NCBI GenBank assembly: GCA_964016885.1 | Contig: OZ024743.1 | Coordinates: 197,408,001-197,472,000, forward strand | Origin: Eledone cirrhosa | Taxonomy: Eukaryota | Direction: 5' to 3' | Length of the DNA stretch: 64,000 bases | Program-made: the position numbers and the translations under genes | Notes under the pieces: generated by a model | Database searches by the model: none | What the model saw: the letters and a program-made list of their open reading frames with translations, nothing else | What the model was told of the DNA's origin: nothing | In this document: positions 1-14,600 of the stretch, one piece after another | Position numbering within the stretch: the first letter of the stretch is position 1 | How the letters are laid out: each line of letters begins with the position of its first letter

Positions 1-184
1 TGAGGTGATAAAAGCTGACCTTGCACCCATTTGCACCTCTCAAAGGCGATGACACAGGATTGTGAGCTCTGGTGTCACACAGTAATACAGAGGACTCGAC
101 TTCCCACGGGTTCAAGCCAAAGCTGAAGCATATATATACAATATGCCCCCACTCCCTCCCACTGGTCGTGGAGGAGTAATGACA

Positions 185-401
185 AAAAAGCATCCAGCCC
201 ACACTGTAAAATGGTCGTGTAGGCACCACGGTAAAAAAAGCACCCAGCACTCACTGTAAATAAGGTTGGTGTTAGGAAGGGCATCCAGCTGTAGAAATCA
301 AGCCAAAATCAGTTCCCATAAGAGTAAGACAAGGTCACCCGACCTGGCATTGCCCACAACATCTGTCGAAGAACGGACGTAAAACGGTGATGATGATGAT
401 G
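185..401 (+). mobile_element. SINE/RTE-derived 3' tail ending in (GAT)n
   Basis: Contains ggttggtgttaggaagggcatccagctgtagaaa...acggacgtaaaac(gat)n, the same tail as the RTE LINE 3' UTR (8730-8995, 15145-15300). Confidence 0.75.
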
Positions 402-1229
402 AGTCCTTATATAAAATTATCATCATCGTATAACATCCATTTTCCATTCTACAGGATGTTAATATAAACATAAAGCCAGATTTTATGTGCAAAGCTAACC
501 AGCAAGAGACTCAGAGGTAGACCATGAGCATGATGGTTATATAACATTCATGAGCTTGGTTGGTCTCGATTGGGGATCCAGCTAGATGAAGTGGAGATGG
601 TTGCTCCTGATAGGACCCTCTAGAAGGCATGCCTGAACACTCTGTAGCCATGACCATTCCAAGGAGGAGGAGGGGGAAGAGTTTAAAATGAATAATTTTG
701 TTTCATAGAACCAGAGCAGAGTTTGGTATCAAAAAGGTTAAAAACCCAAAACCCAAGAGAAACATTATTTTGCCCAAGAAATGTTGTCACAACACCAATC
801 TCAACATAAACAGTGAAACTCCCAGTTATAAAGTATTACAAAGAAAAATAAAACGAAAACAACCCAAAAAACTTTGATCTCTTTTAATGTCAATGATTGC
901 AGTATGGCTAAGTTGAGTTTGGTCACCATTGTACACCTATAGTTTGCTATCTTATTAAGTCAGAAAATTTGTTATAAAGAGATAAAAAAAAAAAATGGGG
1001 GAAAGAAAATGAGGAAAAAAAATCATAATTAAATATATACTTTAAAATAAATTTATAGCACATTTGGTTTCTTTACTTTTCTTCATTCTTATTGAAGAAT
1101 AAACTAAGTAAAGACAGAATTTCTAAGAAAGGGATTCTGAATTTTGCTTGGGAAACATTTCTTATGAAGAAGGGAATTAAAATTCTAGAGTAACTGCATA
1201 AAAATTTGAATATATATATATAAAGATAT

Positions 1230-1288
<59 letters not shown>

Positions 1289-1923
1289 TATATGCGTGTG
1301 TGTGTGTATGTGGCATAGACCAAAACTCTCTACATATTAAGGAATTTCTTTTGACACAGGAAGCATTGAGAATATATAAGGATTATTCCGTCAATCTCAA
1401 GACATTTTCTATTGAAAACATTTCAAACATTATCAAAAATGAACTTCTCTATCAAACAGGAATTTCAGGATATTTTCTCTGTTGGGAGTTACAGAATTTT
1501 GAAACTAGAAAGCTATTTATTTATTTATGTATTAATTTATTTAATTTTTTTTTTACAAATATTTTATTTTTTTATATTCAATTTTAATTTTTTTTTTTTT
1601 TTTTATATATATATTCATTTTATTTTACTTTTTTTTCTACAAAGATTTTTAACAAGAGGTATTATTATATTTTGGCTTTTGAAATAAGTGAGTAATTCTA
1701 AAGCTTCTGCTCACAACAAAATGTACCCAGTACTACAAGAGAGAGGCATATGAATAAGTTGTGGCAGAAGAAAGGACCACCACATTTAGCCTTCACCCTA
1801 TTTAATTGCCAATAAATCACACAAAAGAACAAACTTTACATAAGTGAATATCTCTCGCAAGTAAGTATATTATATGTCTGTCTATGAAAGAGTGTACATA
1901 CAACACATATATATGTATGTATG

Positions 1924-1966
<43 letters not shown>

Positions 1967-3128
1967 GTAAACAGAAATAACAACACAATCGGTATATACA
2001 TACATGCACATACATACATATACAGGCATGAATAAGTACATATATAAGTATTTAGGTGTACTCTTTCTATATATATATACATACATATAACCATAAAATA
2101 TGACCACTTTTCCACATTTTAAGTCATTGATGATGTTCTCTGCACTGATTCAGAGATTTCCATTCAATAAGTGAATATAACAATAATACTAATAATAATA
2201 ACAACAATTCTCCCCCCCCCCCCCCCCCCCCTCCATGTATTAATTCAATACAGCACACAATTGTAAGCAATGTATTCTCAGGATTTCACATTGGAAAACT
2301 TCTGTAACATTTTATTTATTCATCCAATGAAAAATGTTTAAATATCAATTTGCTGCATAATTGTTCTGTGGTGTACAATCAACTTAATACTATACACAAC
2401 TGACTGTGGAAATAGCATAGAACAGACTTTCCGTTTCTTAGTAGGAACAATAAAGCTAATTCTGTAATTGTGTAATGGCTAATATAAAATTAACATGTTA
2501 AATATATCGCTCATTAGAGTCATTAGTAATGTGTATTGGTGAACAATTGTTAATTGTAAATGAATGTAAAATCATTTCTATTATTAATTTATAACATTAT
2601 GGACTTAATTTTACCATTGTAATATATATATATATATATATATATAGGGAGAGAGAGATATGAATATACCGACCACGACACCAAACAGTTTCGGTTTCTA
2701 TCACAATTTTAAAATGATGTTAATGAGAACAAACTTCAGGCTTTATCTTATTAATATTACACTAAGGCAACTTTGGTACACATTACTGTCAGAAACTTCT
2801 GTCTCACCTCCTCCACACATGTTATTGTGCATCTGGCACCACTTTAATGCTAATTTGTTTACATTTTGCAGTTGATCATCACTGTTTTCATATGAAAGGA
2901 GGGGCATAACAATTTTTGAGATGTTGAGGTGAGGCATGGAACACAAAAGGTTGGTAACCACTGGTCTAACCCATGCACTAATAGAAAGAAATTTGTATCG
3001 ATGTGTGAAAATGTATCTTTCTTCCATGGAACCAATAACCCTCCCCATAAATTGTGTCACCTAAAGAAAATGGACGTTAAATGATGATGATATATAAACA
3101 TATATATATACATGTATATATACAGAGA

Positions 3129-3521
3129 AGGCGCATGGCTTAGTGGTTAGAGCATTGGGCTTGCAATCGAAAGGTTGTGAGTTCAATTCTCGGATGTGTT
3201 GTTTCCTTGAGCAAGACACTTTATTTCACATTGCTCCAGTTTACTCAGCTGTAAAAATGAGATGATAGGGACTGGGGTCCATATCATTCCACTGCAAAGT
3301 GGTCGTGTAGGCGCCACGGAAAAAAAGCACCAGCACTCACTGTAAATGAGGTTGGTGTTAGGAAGGGCATCCAGCTGTAGAAATCAAGCCAGAATCAGTT
3401 CCCGTATGAGTAAGACAAGGTCAGCCGACCGGACACTGCCCACAACAGGACAACCCGTCTAACCCATGCTAGCGTGGAAGAACGGACGTAAAACAGTGAT
3501 GATGATGATGATGATGATGAT
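3129..3521 (+). mobile_element. tRNA-derived SINE with RTE-type 3' tail
   Basis: A box tggcttagtggtt, B box gagttcaattc, central ccttgagcaagacacttt domain, and RTE-like tail ending in (GAT)n. Relatives at about 3810-3930(-), 18020-18290(-), 25340-25665(-), 27270-27630(+) and 52330-52450(-). Confidence 0.8.
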
Positions 3522-4050
3522 ATAAACACACATATATATAGAGTCTGCGGTGCTGAGACCGGGAAGACCACTAATCATGGGAATACTCAATGCATGGGGA
3601 GACGCAATATGGGTATAGAGATATGTCAAATCCCAACCGCGACACAAGCTGAAACCACTTGACGACGCTGCAGTCATGATTTTAAATATCTCTCTCTCTT
3701 TCATATATATATATATAGACGGGAGTCGATCGACTTTCGTCTAATTGGACCGAGGAAACAATGTTTTTTCCAATTGCTAATACTATCTATCGGTCGCAAC
3801 TCCAAGTAGAAGGAGCAACGTGAAATAAAGTGCCTTGCTCAAGGACACAACGCATCGCCCGGTCCGGGAACAGAACTCACAACCTCACGATTGCAGATCC
3901 AATTCTCTTCCCACTCAGCCACGCACCTTCACACACACGCATACATATATATATGTATGTATGTTTATCCCGGGTTCAATCGGGAGTAACCACATTAAGT
4001 AAAGTACTCAATACGTAGCAGAGTATAAATATTTATTATTTCTATATTAA

Positions 4051-4081
<31 letters not shown>

Positions 4082-4225
4082 TATATGCATACATACATAT
4101 ATATACATACATACACAAACTATTTACTGGAGATTACAACCCTAGATAACCTAATCAAGATGTTGAAGGAGTAATTACAAAGTATCATTGACACAGTAAT
4201 GTCAATGATACTTGGTAGAGAGTAA

Positions 4226-4256
<31 letters not shown>

Positions 4257-4393
4257 TATATATATGTATATATAAATATATATACCTATATATACATTTA
4301 TATATATATACTTATACATATACATACCTATATTTATATATATATATGTATACACACACACACAAACACACATATATATATACACATACATAC

Positions 4394-4435
<42 letters not shown>

Positions 4436-4588
4436 ATATATATATATGAGAGAGAAAGACGTACACAAACAAAGATATGTGCAAGGAGATTTTGCTTCAA
4501 TAAGTATATTTACTTTCCTGGAGTGTCATCAGGAGTAAATAACTTGAAAGCAGTCAACAAGTCTTTTACAGTTTTGTGTATACTGCAT

Positions 4589-4694
4589 ATACAGGGTGTG
4601 TCCTCCCCCCCCAAAAAAAAAATTGTATACACTTCAACAGCATTCTAATAAACATTGCCTGTACAGGTAATCAAAATATGTATACACCCTGTAT
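4589..4694. mobile_element. Tc1/mariner-type MITE
   Basis: TA-flanked cagggtgt...acaccctg inverted ends; related copy at 15347-15425. Confidence 0.55.
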
Positions 4695-5661
4695 ATATAT
4701 TATACCTCTGATCAGTCTACATACTATAAAGCATACTAGCTGGTAGGCTGCTCTTATTGTTGTTACATTAACCTTTTAATGTTCAAACCGGCCAGAATTC
4801 TCTACCTCTTTCTGTTGAAACTGGCTGTAACTGGTCGCTCAAACTGATGTTAAGGTATTGTTCTCAAAATAAATACTTTCAAAATCTCATAGATTCGATA
4901 TTATGTGAGGTAAAGCCTTTACCATGAAAATATAATAGCATATATAGAATAATGTGAATGCTAAACGGTTAACATAAGTGTTTCTCATTTTGTCACAAGG
5001 CCAGCAATTTAAGTGAAAAAAGAGGGACGTCAATTATATCAACCTCAGTACTTAACTGGTACTAGCTTTTACCAACCACATAAGGATGAAAGGCAAAATT
5101 GACCTCGATGGGATTTGAACTAAGAATGCAAACAGTCATAATTAACCCTTTAGCATATAAACCGACTGTATTTGGCCAGAATTCTCTCACCTCTTTCAGT
5201 TCAAACCAGCCACTCATATTTATGTTAAGGAATTGTTCTCAAAATAAATGATATCAAAATCTCATAGATTCGATATTATGTGAGGTAAAGCCTTTACTGT
5301 GAAAATATAATAGTATATATAGAGTAACCATCATCATCATTATCATTGTTTAACTTTCATTTTCCATGCTAGCATGGGTTAGACGGGTTGGCCCATGTCT
5401 TGCTCATATAGAACTGTTTCTGGCAAAGTTTCTATGGCTAGATGTGTTTCCTAATGCTAACCACATATAAATGTTAAAGAGTTAAATACTGCAAAGCATT
5501 TTGTCTGACACTGATACTGACAATGTCAATCCACAGCTGATATTAAGAAATAAAAACATCAACAATTTAAATTAGATTTTGAAATGAAATTGCAAATTCC
5601 AAAACGCAAGTATTACCTGTTTTCAACTTCAGAACATTTTAACCCTTTACTGACCATATCT

Positions 5662-5891
5662 TTAACCCTTTAGCAGTTACATTACTCTCTCTATGTAATA
5701 TTGTATTTTCATGGTAAAGGCTTTATCTGACATAATTATCTCACATAATATTTAATCTATGAGATTTTTATATTATTTATTTGGAGAAGAATACCTTAAC
5801 ATCAGTATGAATGGCCAGCTCCAACTCGTTTGAACAGAGAGAGGTGAGAGAATTCTGGCCGAATATGGCCGGTTTAAATGCTAAAGGGTTA
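5662..5891. mobile_element. piggyBac-type MITE
   Basis: TTAA-ccctttagca ... tgctaaaggg-TTAA terminal inverted repeats. Family members at about 4769-4972, 5141-5330, 19636-19720, 22220-22282 and 24150-24372. Confidence 0.65.
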
Positions 5892-6626
5892 ATGAAATAC
5901 ACTGTATTCAAATTAATTAAGAATTGGGTTGAAATTACTAAAATTATTAATTATTATAAGGAAGTTGATTTTGAAACAGCAAGCGAGTTTGAAATAGTCT
6001 CATCTTTTCCCATTTCTTAGAATGTTCTAAACCCCATTATCAGGCTAAAATGTCTTTAGTCAAAAAATACAGCGAAAGCTTCTATTTCTATCAATTATTA
6101 TAACTTTGCCTTTCATCCTTACGGGGTCGATAAAATAAAGTACCAGTAATGCACTGGGTAATTGCTGGCCTTGTGCCTAACGTAGAAACAATTATATTAA
6201 GATGGTATTGGTAATATAACTTGACATTAAACTTAACAATCCTAGTATTTACTTCAATCAGGTACTTATTACTTATTTCATCAATCTTTAATGATGAACC
6301 ACAATATATTTATATATACCAACACAAAATTATGTGGGTATGTATGCATGTTAGCAAGGAAAATTGACATTAATTGATGATGATTATGATATATATACCG
6401 TCTAACCCATGCTAGCGTGGAAAACGGACGTTAAACGAAGATGATAATGATATATGTTCAACCCTTGCCAGTAGGGAAAGTGTGTGCTAAAACGACAATC
6501 ATCCTTATCCTCATCACCATTTAATATCTGTTAGCAAAGGCTGGATTCTGTTTACCCTTTACATACATATATATATATATATCATCATCATCATTTAACG
6601 TCCATCTTCCATGCTAGCATGGGTCT

Positions 6627-6663
<37 letters not shown>

Positions 6664-6666
6664 TAC

Positions 6667-6700
<34 letters not shown>

Positions 6701-6702
6701 AA

Positions 6703-8995
6703 AATGATGATGGCGTACTTGCCATCACTGACGCTGATAAGAAGGTAGCTTGGAAGTGTCACTACGAAAGGCTACTAAATGAGGAGAATAAATGGGAGAA
6801 GGATAGTCTCCCCCAGATCGATCCAATAGAGGGACCAGCAGTGTTAGTTGAAGGTAGTAAAATAAGTAAGGCAATCAAAGATATGAAGACGGGTAAGGCG
6901 GCTGGGCCTTCGGAAATAGTTGCTGAGATGCTGAAAGCCTCTGAAACGGTGGGACACACCATGGTCACCCGGATAGTAAACCAAGTCATACAGAATGGGG
7001 TTGTTCCGAAGGACTGGCGTAGCAGCATCATCATTAACTGTTACAAGGGTAAAGGAGACGCCCTAGATAGGAGTAACTATAGAGGCATTAAATTAATCGA
7101 CCAGGTCATGAAGGTCACGGAAAAAGTAATAGTGCAACTAATCAGAGAGAGAATTGATCTAGATGAAATGCAGTTCAGGTTTGTGTCAGGCAAAAATACC
7201 ACAGACGCTCTTTTCATTGTACGACAACTACAGGAGAAGTACCTAGCTAAAAGTAAACCCCTATACTTAGCCTTTGTTGACTTGGAGAAAGCGTTCGACA
7301 GAGTCCCCCGTTCCATTATCTGGTGGGCTCTTAGAAAACTAGGTGTTGATGAATGGCTTGTGAGAGCTATACAAGCCATGTATAAAGAAACAGTCAGCAA
7401 GGTTAGAATTAACAACGAATATAGTGAAGAGTTTAGCGTAAAAGTTGGTGTTCATCAGGGCTCTGTTCTTAGCCCCCTACTATTTATTATTGCCCTACAG
7501 GCTATAACAGTGGAGTTCAAGACCGGCTGCCCATGGGAACTCCTATACGCAGATGATCTAACGCTCATAGCTGAATCAATGGCCGAGCTAGAGAAGAAAT
7601 TCCAAACATGGAAGCACGGCCTAGAATCAAAAGGCCTTAAAATTAACCTGGCTAAGACTAAAGTTCTAGTTTGTAGGAAAGAAAATAAGGCGCCGGTCGG
7701 TCCCTTCCGGGAAATGGCCATGCTCAGTGTGTAGGAAAGGCGTAGGTAGAAACTCCATTTTATGTCCCAAATGCAAAGTATGGGTGCATAAAAGATGTAG
7801 TGGGATCACAGGTAAGCTAACTAAGAACATAGATTTTACATGTGGCCGGTGCTCTGGTGCAATAAGTAGCAGCAAGCGCCCACAAAATACTAGCTCTTTC
7901 AATTGAACAGAGGGTTCTATAGAAATAGTGGACAGCTTCCGTTACCTGGGTGACAAAATCAGCAGTGGGGGTGGGTGCTCTGAAAGTACAGTAGCTAGAG
8001 TCAGAACTGGATGGAAAAAGTTCAGAGAGCTTATACCACTATTAGCCGCTAAAGGGTTCTCCCTAAAAATGAAAGGCAGGCTGTATGATGCCTGCATACG
8101 AACAGCAATGTTGCATGGCAGTGAGACCTGGGCATTGTGTGCAAAGGACATATGCAGACTAGAGAGGAACGAAGCTGCATGCTCCGCTGGATGTGTAATA
8201 GTAATATACATGAACGGCAAAGCATAAACGAACTAAGGGAAAAATTAGAAATAAGAGGGATCAGATGTTGTTTAGTCGAGAGAAGGCTACGTTGGTATGG
8301 TCACGTGATGCGCATGAAAGACGACAGCTGTATAAAAAATTGCAGGGCAATAAAGATAGACGGTAACCACGGAGTAGGCAGACCCAGAAAAACCTGGGAC
8401 GACCTGATAAATTCCGACCTCACACACTTACACCTCTCCAAGACAATGTCACTGGACCGAGATCTTTGGCGGTACTCAGTAATAGAGAAGACCCGCCTTA
8501 CCTGAAATACAAAGTAAAACCTACTAGTCAGTAGGCATCTCTAACAAAACACACCTCCGTCCCACCACCCCCACCCCATCCCTTTCAATGTAAAGTTATG
8601 TTGGTGCCACAACATCCAGGCCGAAACAAATGAGATCGTGTAGGTGTCACGACAAAAAAACACACAGTCCACGCTGTAATGTGGCCCTGTAGGCAACACG
8701 GTAAAAACCTCCCAGTCCCACACTGTAAATGTGGTTGGTGTTAGGAAGGGCATCCAGCTGTAGAAAACCCGCCAGACAGTCCACGCTGTAATGTGGCCGT
8801 GTAGGAAACACGGTAAAAACCTCCCAGCCCCACACTGTAAATGTGGTTGGTGTTAGGAAGGGCATCCAGCTGTAGAAAACCCGCCAGACAGTCCTATGCG
8901 AGCAAGACAACCACTCTTGCCTCAAGTGGGAAAACTCCCGTCCAAACCCATGCAAGCGTGGAACATGGACGTTAAACGATGATGATGATGATGAT
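6703..8995 (+). mobile_element. 5'-truncated RTE-clade LINE (RT, PHD-like finger, 3' UTR), disrupted
   Basis: RT motifs AFVDLEKAFD, VGVHQGSVLSP and LLYADD. Frameshifts near 7700 and 8178, stop at 7904. Highly similar to 13100-15300. The 3' UTR carries an internal ~113 bp duplication and ends in (GAT)n. Confidence 0.95.
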
Positions 8996-9269
8996 ACACA
9001 GAGATATCCATGGTAAGTAGTGGGGTCTAGTCTGCATGAAGAACTCAATGTAATCCATATGTTGAAAATGTTGTAGGTTAAAACAAATCCCGGAAACAAT
9101 AAAACATTAAAAGGAAAACAGTCATGATATAAGTTAAAACAATGAAATAAAAAATCAAGTTATTAGAAATATACTTCACTGCTTTTTATTTCATTGTTTT
9201 AACTTATATATATATATATATATACATGTATTCTTTTACAGTTTTTATTCAGAGACTGTAGTTATATTA

Positions 9270-9468
9270 AAAAACTTCTTCAAAAAATTTCAAAAACTTC
9301 CTTGAAAACCTTTTTCCATTTCGTGATACAGGAGACAGCAAGATGTGTTGATGTTTCCATGCCAGCCAGGTACAGGGGTCAGCTGGCATAGAAACAACAC
9401 CAACACATTCTGCCATCCCCTGTATCAAGAAATGGAAAAAGTTTTCAAATTTTTTTGGAGAAGTTTTT
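9270..9468. repeat. Imperfect ~200 bp palindrome
   Basis: ctttttccatttcgtgatacagg...atgccagc pairs with gctggcat...cctgtatcaagaaatggaaaaag. Confidence 0.75.
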
Positions 9469-10059
9469 AAAGGTTTTTAAAAAACCTTTTAAAAAAAAGG
9501 TGTAACTCTTTCTTCTGATGTCAGAATACATTTAGAAATGAATCCAGCCTGTAGACATTGTTTATGTTTTCCTACAGCAGTCAAATCCTGTCTGTACATG
9601 TGATTAGATGGTGTTCATTTCTGATATAAAATGCTCAGTGACTGGTTGGATTAGGAAAGCTATGTTTAGTTTGGACCAATCAAGGAGTGTTTTATGAATA
9701 ATTTATGAACAGCAATGTGGTAGTTAGTTATGAGTTACATGCAAGAGACAGAACCACATTGTTTTTAGAAGGAAACTTTTTAAACAAACGTGGAGTCAGA
9801 TAGTGAATGTGATTATATTTTCAAAGGCTTTACAGAAGCTGATGTAGTTGGAGCAGAAAAAGACTGAAATATATTTGAAAAATGAAGAAAATTTATCAGA
9901 TATTGATTTAATGTCTGAATCTAACTCTGACAAAGATGTATTGATGATGACAAACCGACTTTAGAATGGAGTGATTGATTCTTGAGTTAATGGTAACATA
10001 TTCGAAGGAAATCTTGGACATATTTTCTTTTTCTTTCTATTATTCAATCCTTAATTATT

Positions 10060-10600
10060 TGATTTGATGGCAAATGAAACCAACAAATATGCTGGGGTCG
10101 AAACAACCTAATTCAAAGTGACATAACACAACTGTGTCTGAAATTAGGGCCTATATTGCCTTTTAAATAATGATGGGGATTGTTTCTATACCAAATCAAG
10201 GCATGCATTTCTTGAAAGACAACTTGTTCCAGTCTACAGGGATTAGAAATTTAATTACCAGAGACAGGTTAGATAAACTGACTCAATATTTCCATAACCC
10301 ATGCTAGCGTGGAAGATAGACGTTAAATGATGATGATGATGATGATGATGATGATGCCTCCCAGAATCCAGTCCAAGGCCACAACAGTCTTGCCCATATA
10401 CAGTCTTATATTGAACAGACATGCTAAAATCTGAAGTCAGAGTATAATCCATCCATTGACGAGGCTATGATTGCCTTCACTAGATGACTGACCTTCAAGT
10501 GAGGATGTGGGCTGATCCCCACAATGGTTATGTGAACTACTTTCAACTTTATACTGAGAAACTTTCAAACCAACCTGAACAAGAACTTGGAGAAAGAGTT
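10060..10600 (+). pseudogene. Decayed piggyBac-family transposase fragment
   Basis: Hand translation gives DLMANETNKYA, VSEIRAYIAF*IMMGIV, SIDEAMIAFT and WADPHNGYVNYFQLY, typical of piggyBac DDD transposases. Contains stops and frameshifts and is interrupted by a SINE tail at about 10295-10355. Confidence 0.7.
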
Positions 10601-11689
10601 TTATCTACCCAATACCCCCCTTACAAAGCATGAATCAACCCAATGCCATGATAAATGACACATGCTGAAGATGCCCGACTGTGGGATTCAACATAGGAAC
10701 TACTGATTGTGAAGAGAACCTCTTAACCATTCAGCCAAGCGATGCCCAACGATATACCACATAGCTTAAAGTAATATAGTAAGATAAAGTAAAAACAAAC
10801 CAAAAAACACACAGAAATCTAAAAATTAGAAGAATAACGTTATACAGAGATATTGTTTAAAAGAAATTTCTGAAACAACAAATGCTATCTGTTTGGTTTA
10901 AAATGGCTGAAATACAGCACCAAGTGGTGAAGGTAGACTAAAGAAAATGATCTTGTTTTTTAACAAGCTCTATCGTCACATAGCTAAAAAGATTTCATTA
11001 AGCTGCCTGGGTAGGGACAGAATAGGTTGTATTACTGCAAGGATAAGGCAATAGACAAAAGGAACACAAAGACTTACCAGTCAGATCTTATATATATATG
11101 TTAATATATATATATATATATATATAAACGCCTAACACACACAACCATCATGCGCCCCCCCCCCCTCTCTCTATATATATATATGATAGGAATTCATTTC
11201 GCCAAATTTCATTACTTGCTGTCTCGACCCCACGATATTCATGTAACGTAATGTACAGATTTCATTTCTCTCCCTCCACAAATCCTAATTCTAGCGTATT
11301 TTAATTCTAATTCTAGCGTATTTTCAAAACAATCCATATTTCGTATCAAGTCCAAATAGCCAATCTATCGCTAAAACAAACTACATTTTCTGTTTCTATT
11401 AATTGTTAAATACGAAAGATTTTGGTTGTATTCAACAGAACAAATTTTGTATTTTTGTTAATCGCTTGTTAAATGCAAGGACCCCATTCAATCATTACCT
11501 TCTAGCTAGCTACCCAACATCCCTCCCCCCACCCTCACGCACCACCATTGCTATTACGTGGACCAATCATAAAACAGAGCCCCCACGCATCACCAGTATT
11601 ATTACGCGGACCAATCAGAAGCCAGAGGCCTATACTATCGCTTGCCTGGTTGCCTTTCAATATGATGGATGGATGGACTGCGGAATCCT

Positions 11690-14600
11690 GGAGAGTGGAG
11701 GAGAGAGAGAGAAAAATCTGGACGCTCAGCGACAATGCCAAAGATAAAGACAAATTCACCTCTTGGACGAGAATGCGAGCACTCCTCATTGTTTCGACCG
11801 CGGACGGCTAACATAACCCCATCGCCCCCCACCGCCCCCAACCCCCAAACGCAATCCAAAACTTCAGAGTTGGTACCATAAATGTAGGCACCCTAAAGGG
11901 TCGCGCTAACGAGGTTGTAGAAATGCTTGAACGTAAGGAGGTCGATGTTTGTTGTATTCAAGAGACCAGGTGGAGGGGTGGGTCTGCTAGGTTCATTGAG
12001 GGTAAAAAACGATGTTATAAGCTTTTCTGGGTGGGAAACGACGATGGGCTGGGTGGAGTAGGAATCATGGTAGCAGAAAAGTGGGCAGATAAGATAATAG
12101 ACGTAAATAGAGTGAACGACAGAATAATTAAAATACGACTTGTCCTCAATAGAACTACGGTGACAGTAATATCTGCGTACGCACCCCAATCCGGACTGCC
12201 CGGCACTATAAAAGACAGATTCTATGAGACACTGATGCTAACTACCTCCCAAATATCCGACAGTGACTATATAATTATCGCAGGCGACCTAAATGGTCAC
12301 GTTGGACAACATTGTGACGGCTACGACGAAATCCATGGAGGCTATGGGTTTGGTACTAGAAATGAGGAAGGCTCCAGAATCCTGGAATTCTGTGATGCAA
12401 ATAACCTAACTATCTGTAACACTAACTTAAAAAAACGTGACAATCACCTGATCACCTATAGATCCGGGGAACACACAAGCCAGGTAGATTATATCCTTAC
12501 CAGAAGACGTGACAGAGTGTCTGTTGTAAACACTAAATCCCTCCCCCATGAAGAATGCACCTCCCAACATAGACTGATAATTAGCGACCTCATAGTCAGG
12601 ACGAGACGTACTCGACAGCAGAAGAGGACTATCCTCAGGAGAAAAATATGGAAGCTAAAGGACCCCACAGCCAGGAATAAATTTCAAAGCATATTACTTG
12701 ATGCTTTCGACAGTAAGGAAGAACATTTAGAGTCGGACAATATAGAGGGAGAGTGGGAATTTCTGAAAGCAAACCTGCTGTTGGCGACAGACGAAGTCTG
12801 TGGCTGGAGCAGGCCTGTAGGCAGGAGGAGAGTAACATGGTGGTGGAACAGTAAGGTGGAGGGGTCAATTAAGGCCAAAAAGCAGGCTTGGAAAGTATGG
12901 CGGGATGGGGGAAGTAGAGAGGACTATCAAGTGGCCAGGAGGGAAGCTAGGAGACAAGTGTACTTAGCAAGAAGGGAAGCTGAGGAAAGAAAGTTCAAGC
13001 ATGTTCTACAACGCGATGACCAAAAACGTGAGGTGTTCAGGATTGCTAGGCAATGCGTCAAGGAAAACCGTGATATTGTCGGGGAGAAGTGTGTACTAAA
13101 CGACGATGGCACACTTGCCATCACCGACGCTGATAAGAAGGTAGCTTGGAAGTGTCACTATGAAAGGCTACTAAATGAGGAGAATAAATGGGAGAAAGAC
13201 AGTCTCCCCCATATCGACCCAATAGAGGGACCAGCAGTGTTAGTCGAGGGGAGTATAATAAGTAAGGCAATCAAGGATATGAAGACGGGTAAGGCGGCTG
13301 GGCCTTCGGAAATAGTTGCTGAGATGCTGAAGGCATCTGGCACGGTGGGACACACCATGGTCACCCGCATAGTTAACCAAGTCGTACAGAATGGGGTTGT
13401 TCCGAAGGACTGGCATAGCAGCATCATCGTTAACTGTTATAAGGGTAAAGGAGACGCCCTCGATAGGAGTAACTATAGAGGCATTAAATTAATCGACCAG
13501 GTCATGAAGGTCACGGAAAAAGTAATAGCGCAACTAATCAGAGAGAGAATTGACCTAGATGAAATGCAGTTCGGGTTTGTGTCAGGCAAAAGTACCACAG
13601 ACGCTCTTTTCATAGTACGACAACTACAGGAGAAGTACCTAGCTAAAGGTAAGCCCCTCTACTTAGCTTTTGTCGACTTGGAGAAAGCCTTCGACAGAGT
13701 CCCCCGCTCCATTATCTGGTGGGCTCTTAGAAAACTAGGCGTTGACGAATGGCTTGTGAGGGCTATACAAGCCATGTATAAAGAAACAGTCAGCAAGGTT
13801 AGAATTAACAACGAATATAGTGAAGAGTTTAGCGTAAAAGTTGGCGTCCATCAGGGCTCTGTTCTCAGCCCACTACTATTTATTATTGCCCTTCAGGCTA
13901 TAACAGAGGAGTTCAAGACAGGCTGACCATGGGAACTCCTATACGCAGACGACCTGACACTCATAGCGGAATCAATGGCCGAGCTAGAGAAGAAATTCCA
14001 AACATGGAAGCACGGCCTAGAGTCAAAAGGACTTAAAATTAACCTGGCTAAGACCAAAGTACTAGTTTGTAGGAAAGAAAACAAGGCGGCGGTCCCTTCT
14101 GGGAAATGGTCGTGCTCGGTGTGTAGGAAAGGCGTAGGTAGAAACTCCATTTTATGTCCTAAATGCAAAGTATGGGTGCATAAAAGATGTAGTGGGATCA
14201 CAGGTAAGCTAACTAAGAACATAGATTTTACATGTGGCCGGTGCTCTGGTGCAATAAGTAGCAGCAAGTGCCCACAAAATACTAGCTCTTTCAATTGCGC
14301 AGAGGGTTCTATAGAAATAGTGGACAGCTTCCGTTACCTGGGCGATAAAATCAGCAGTGGGGGAGGGTGCTCTGAAAGTACTGTAGCTAGAGTCAGAACT
14401 GGTTGGAAAAAGTTCAGAGAGCTTATACCACTATTAGCTGCTAAAGGGTTCTCACTAAAAATGAAAGGCAGGTTGTACGATGCCTGCATACGAACAGCAA
14501 TGATGCATGGCAGTGAGACCTGGGCATTGTGTGCAGAGGATATACGCAGACTAGAGAGGAACGAAGCTTGCATGCTCCGCTGGATGTGTAACAGTAATAT

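Noticed and set aside
13924-13926. TGA at a Cys codon in the RTE (also 7904) as selenocysteine
   Set aside because: The sister copy has TGC at each site, so these are private nonsense mutations.
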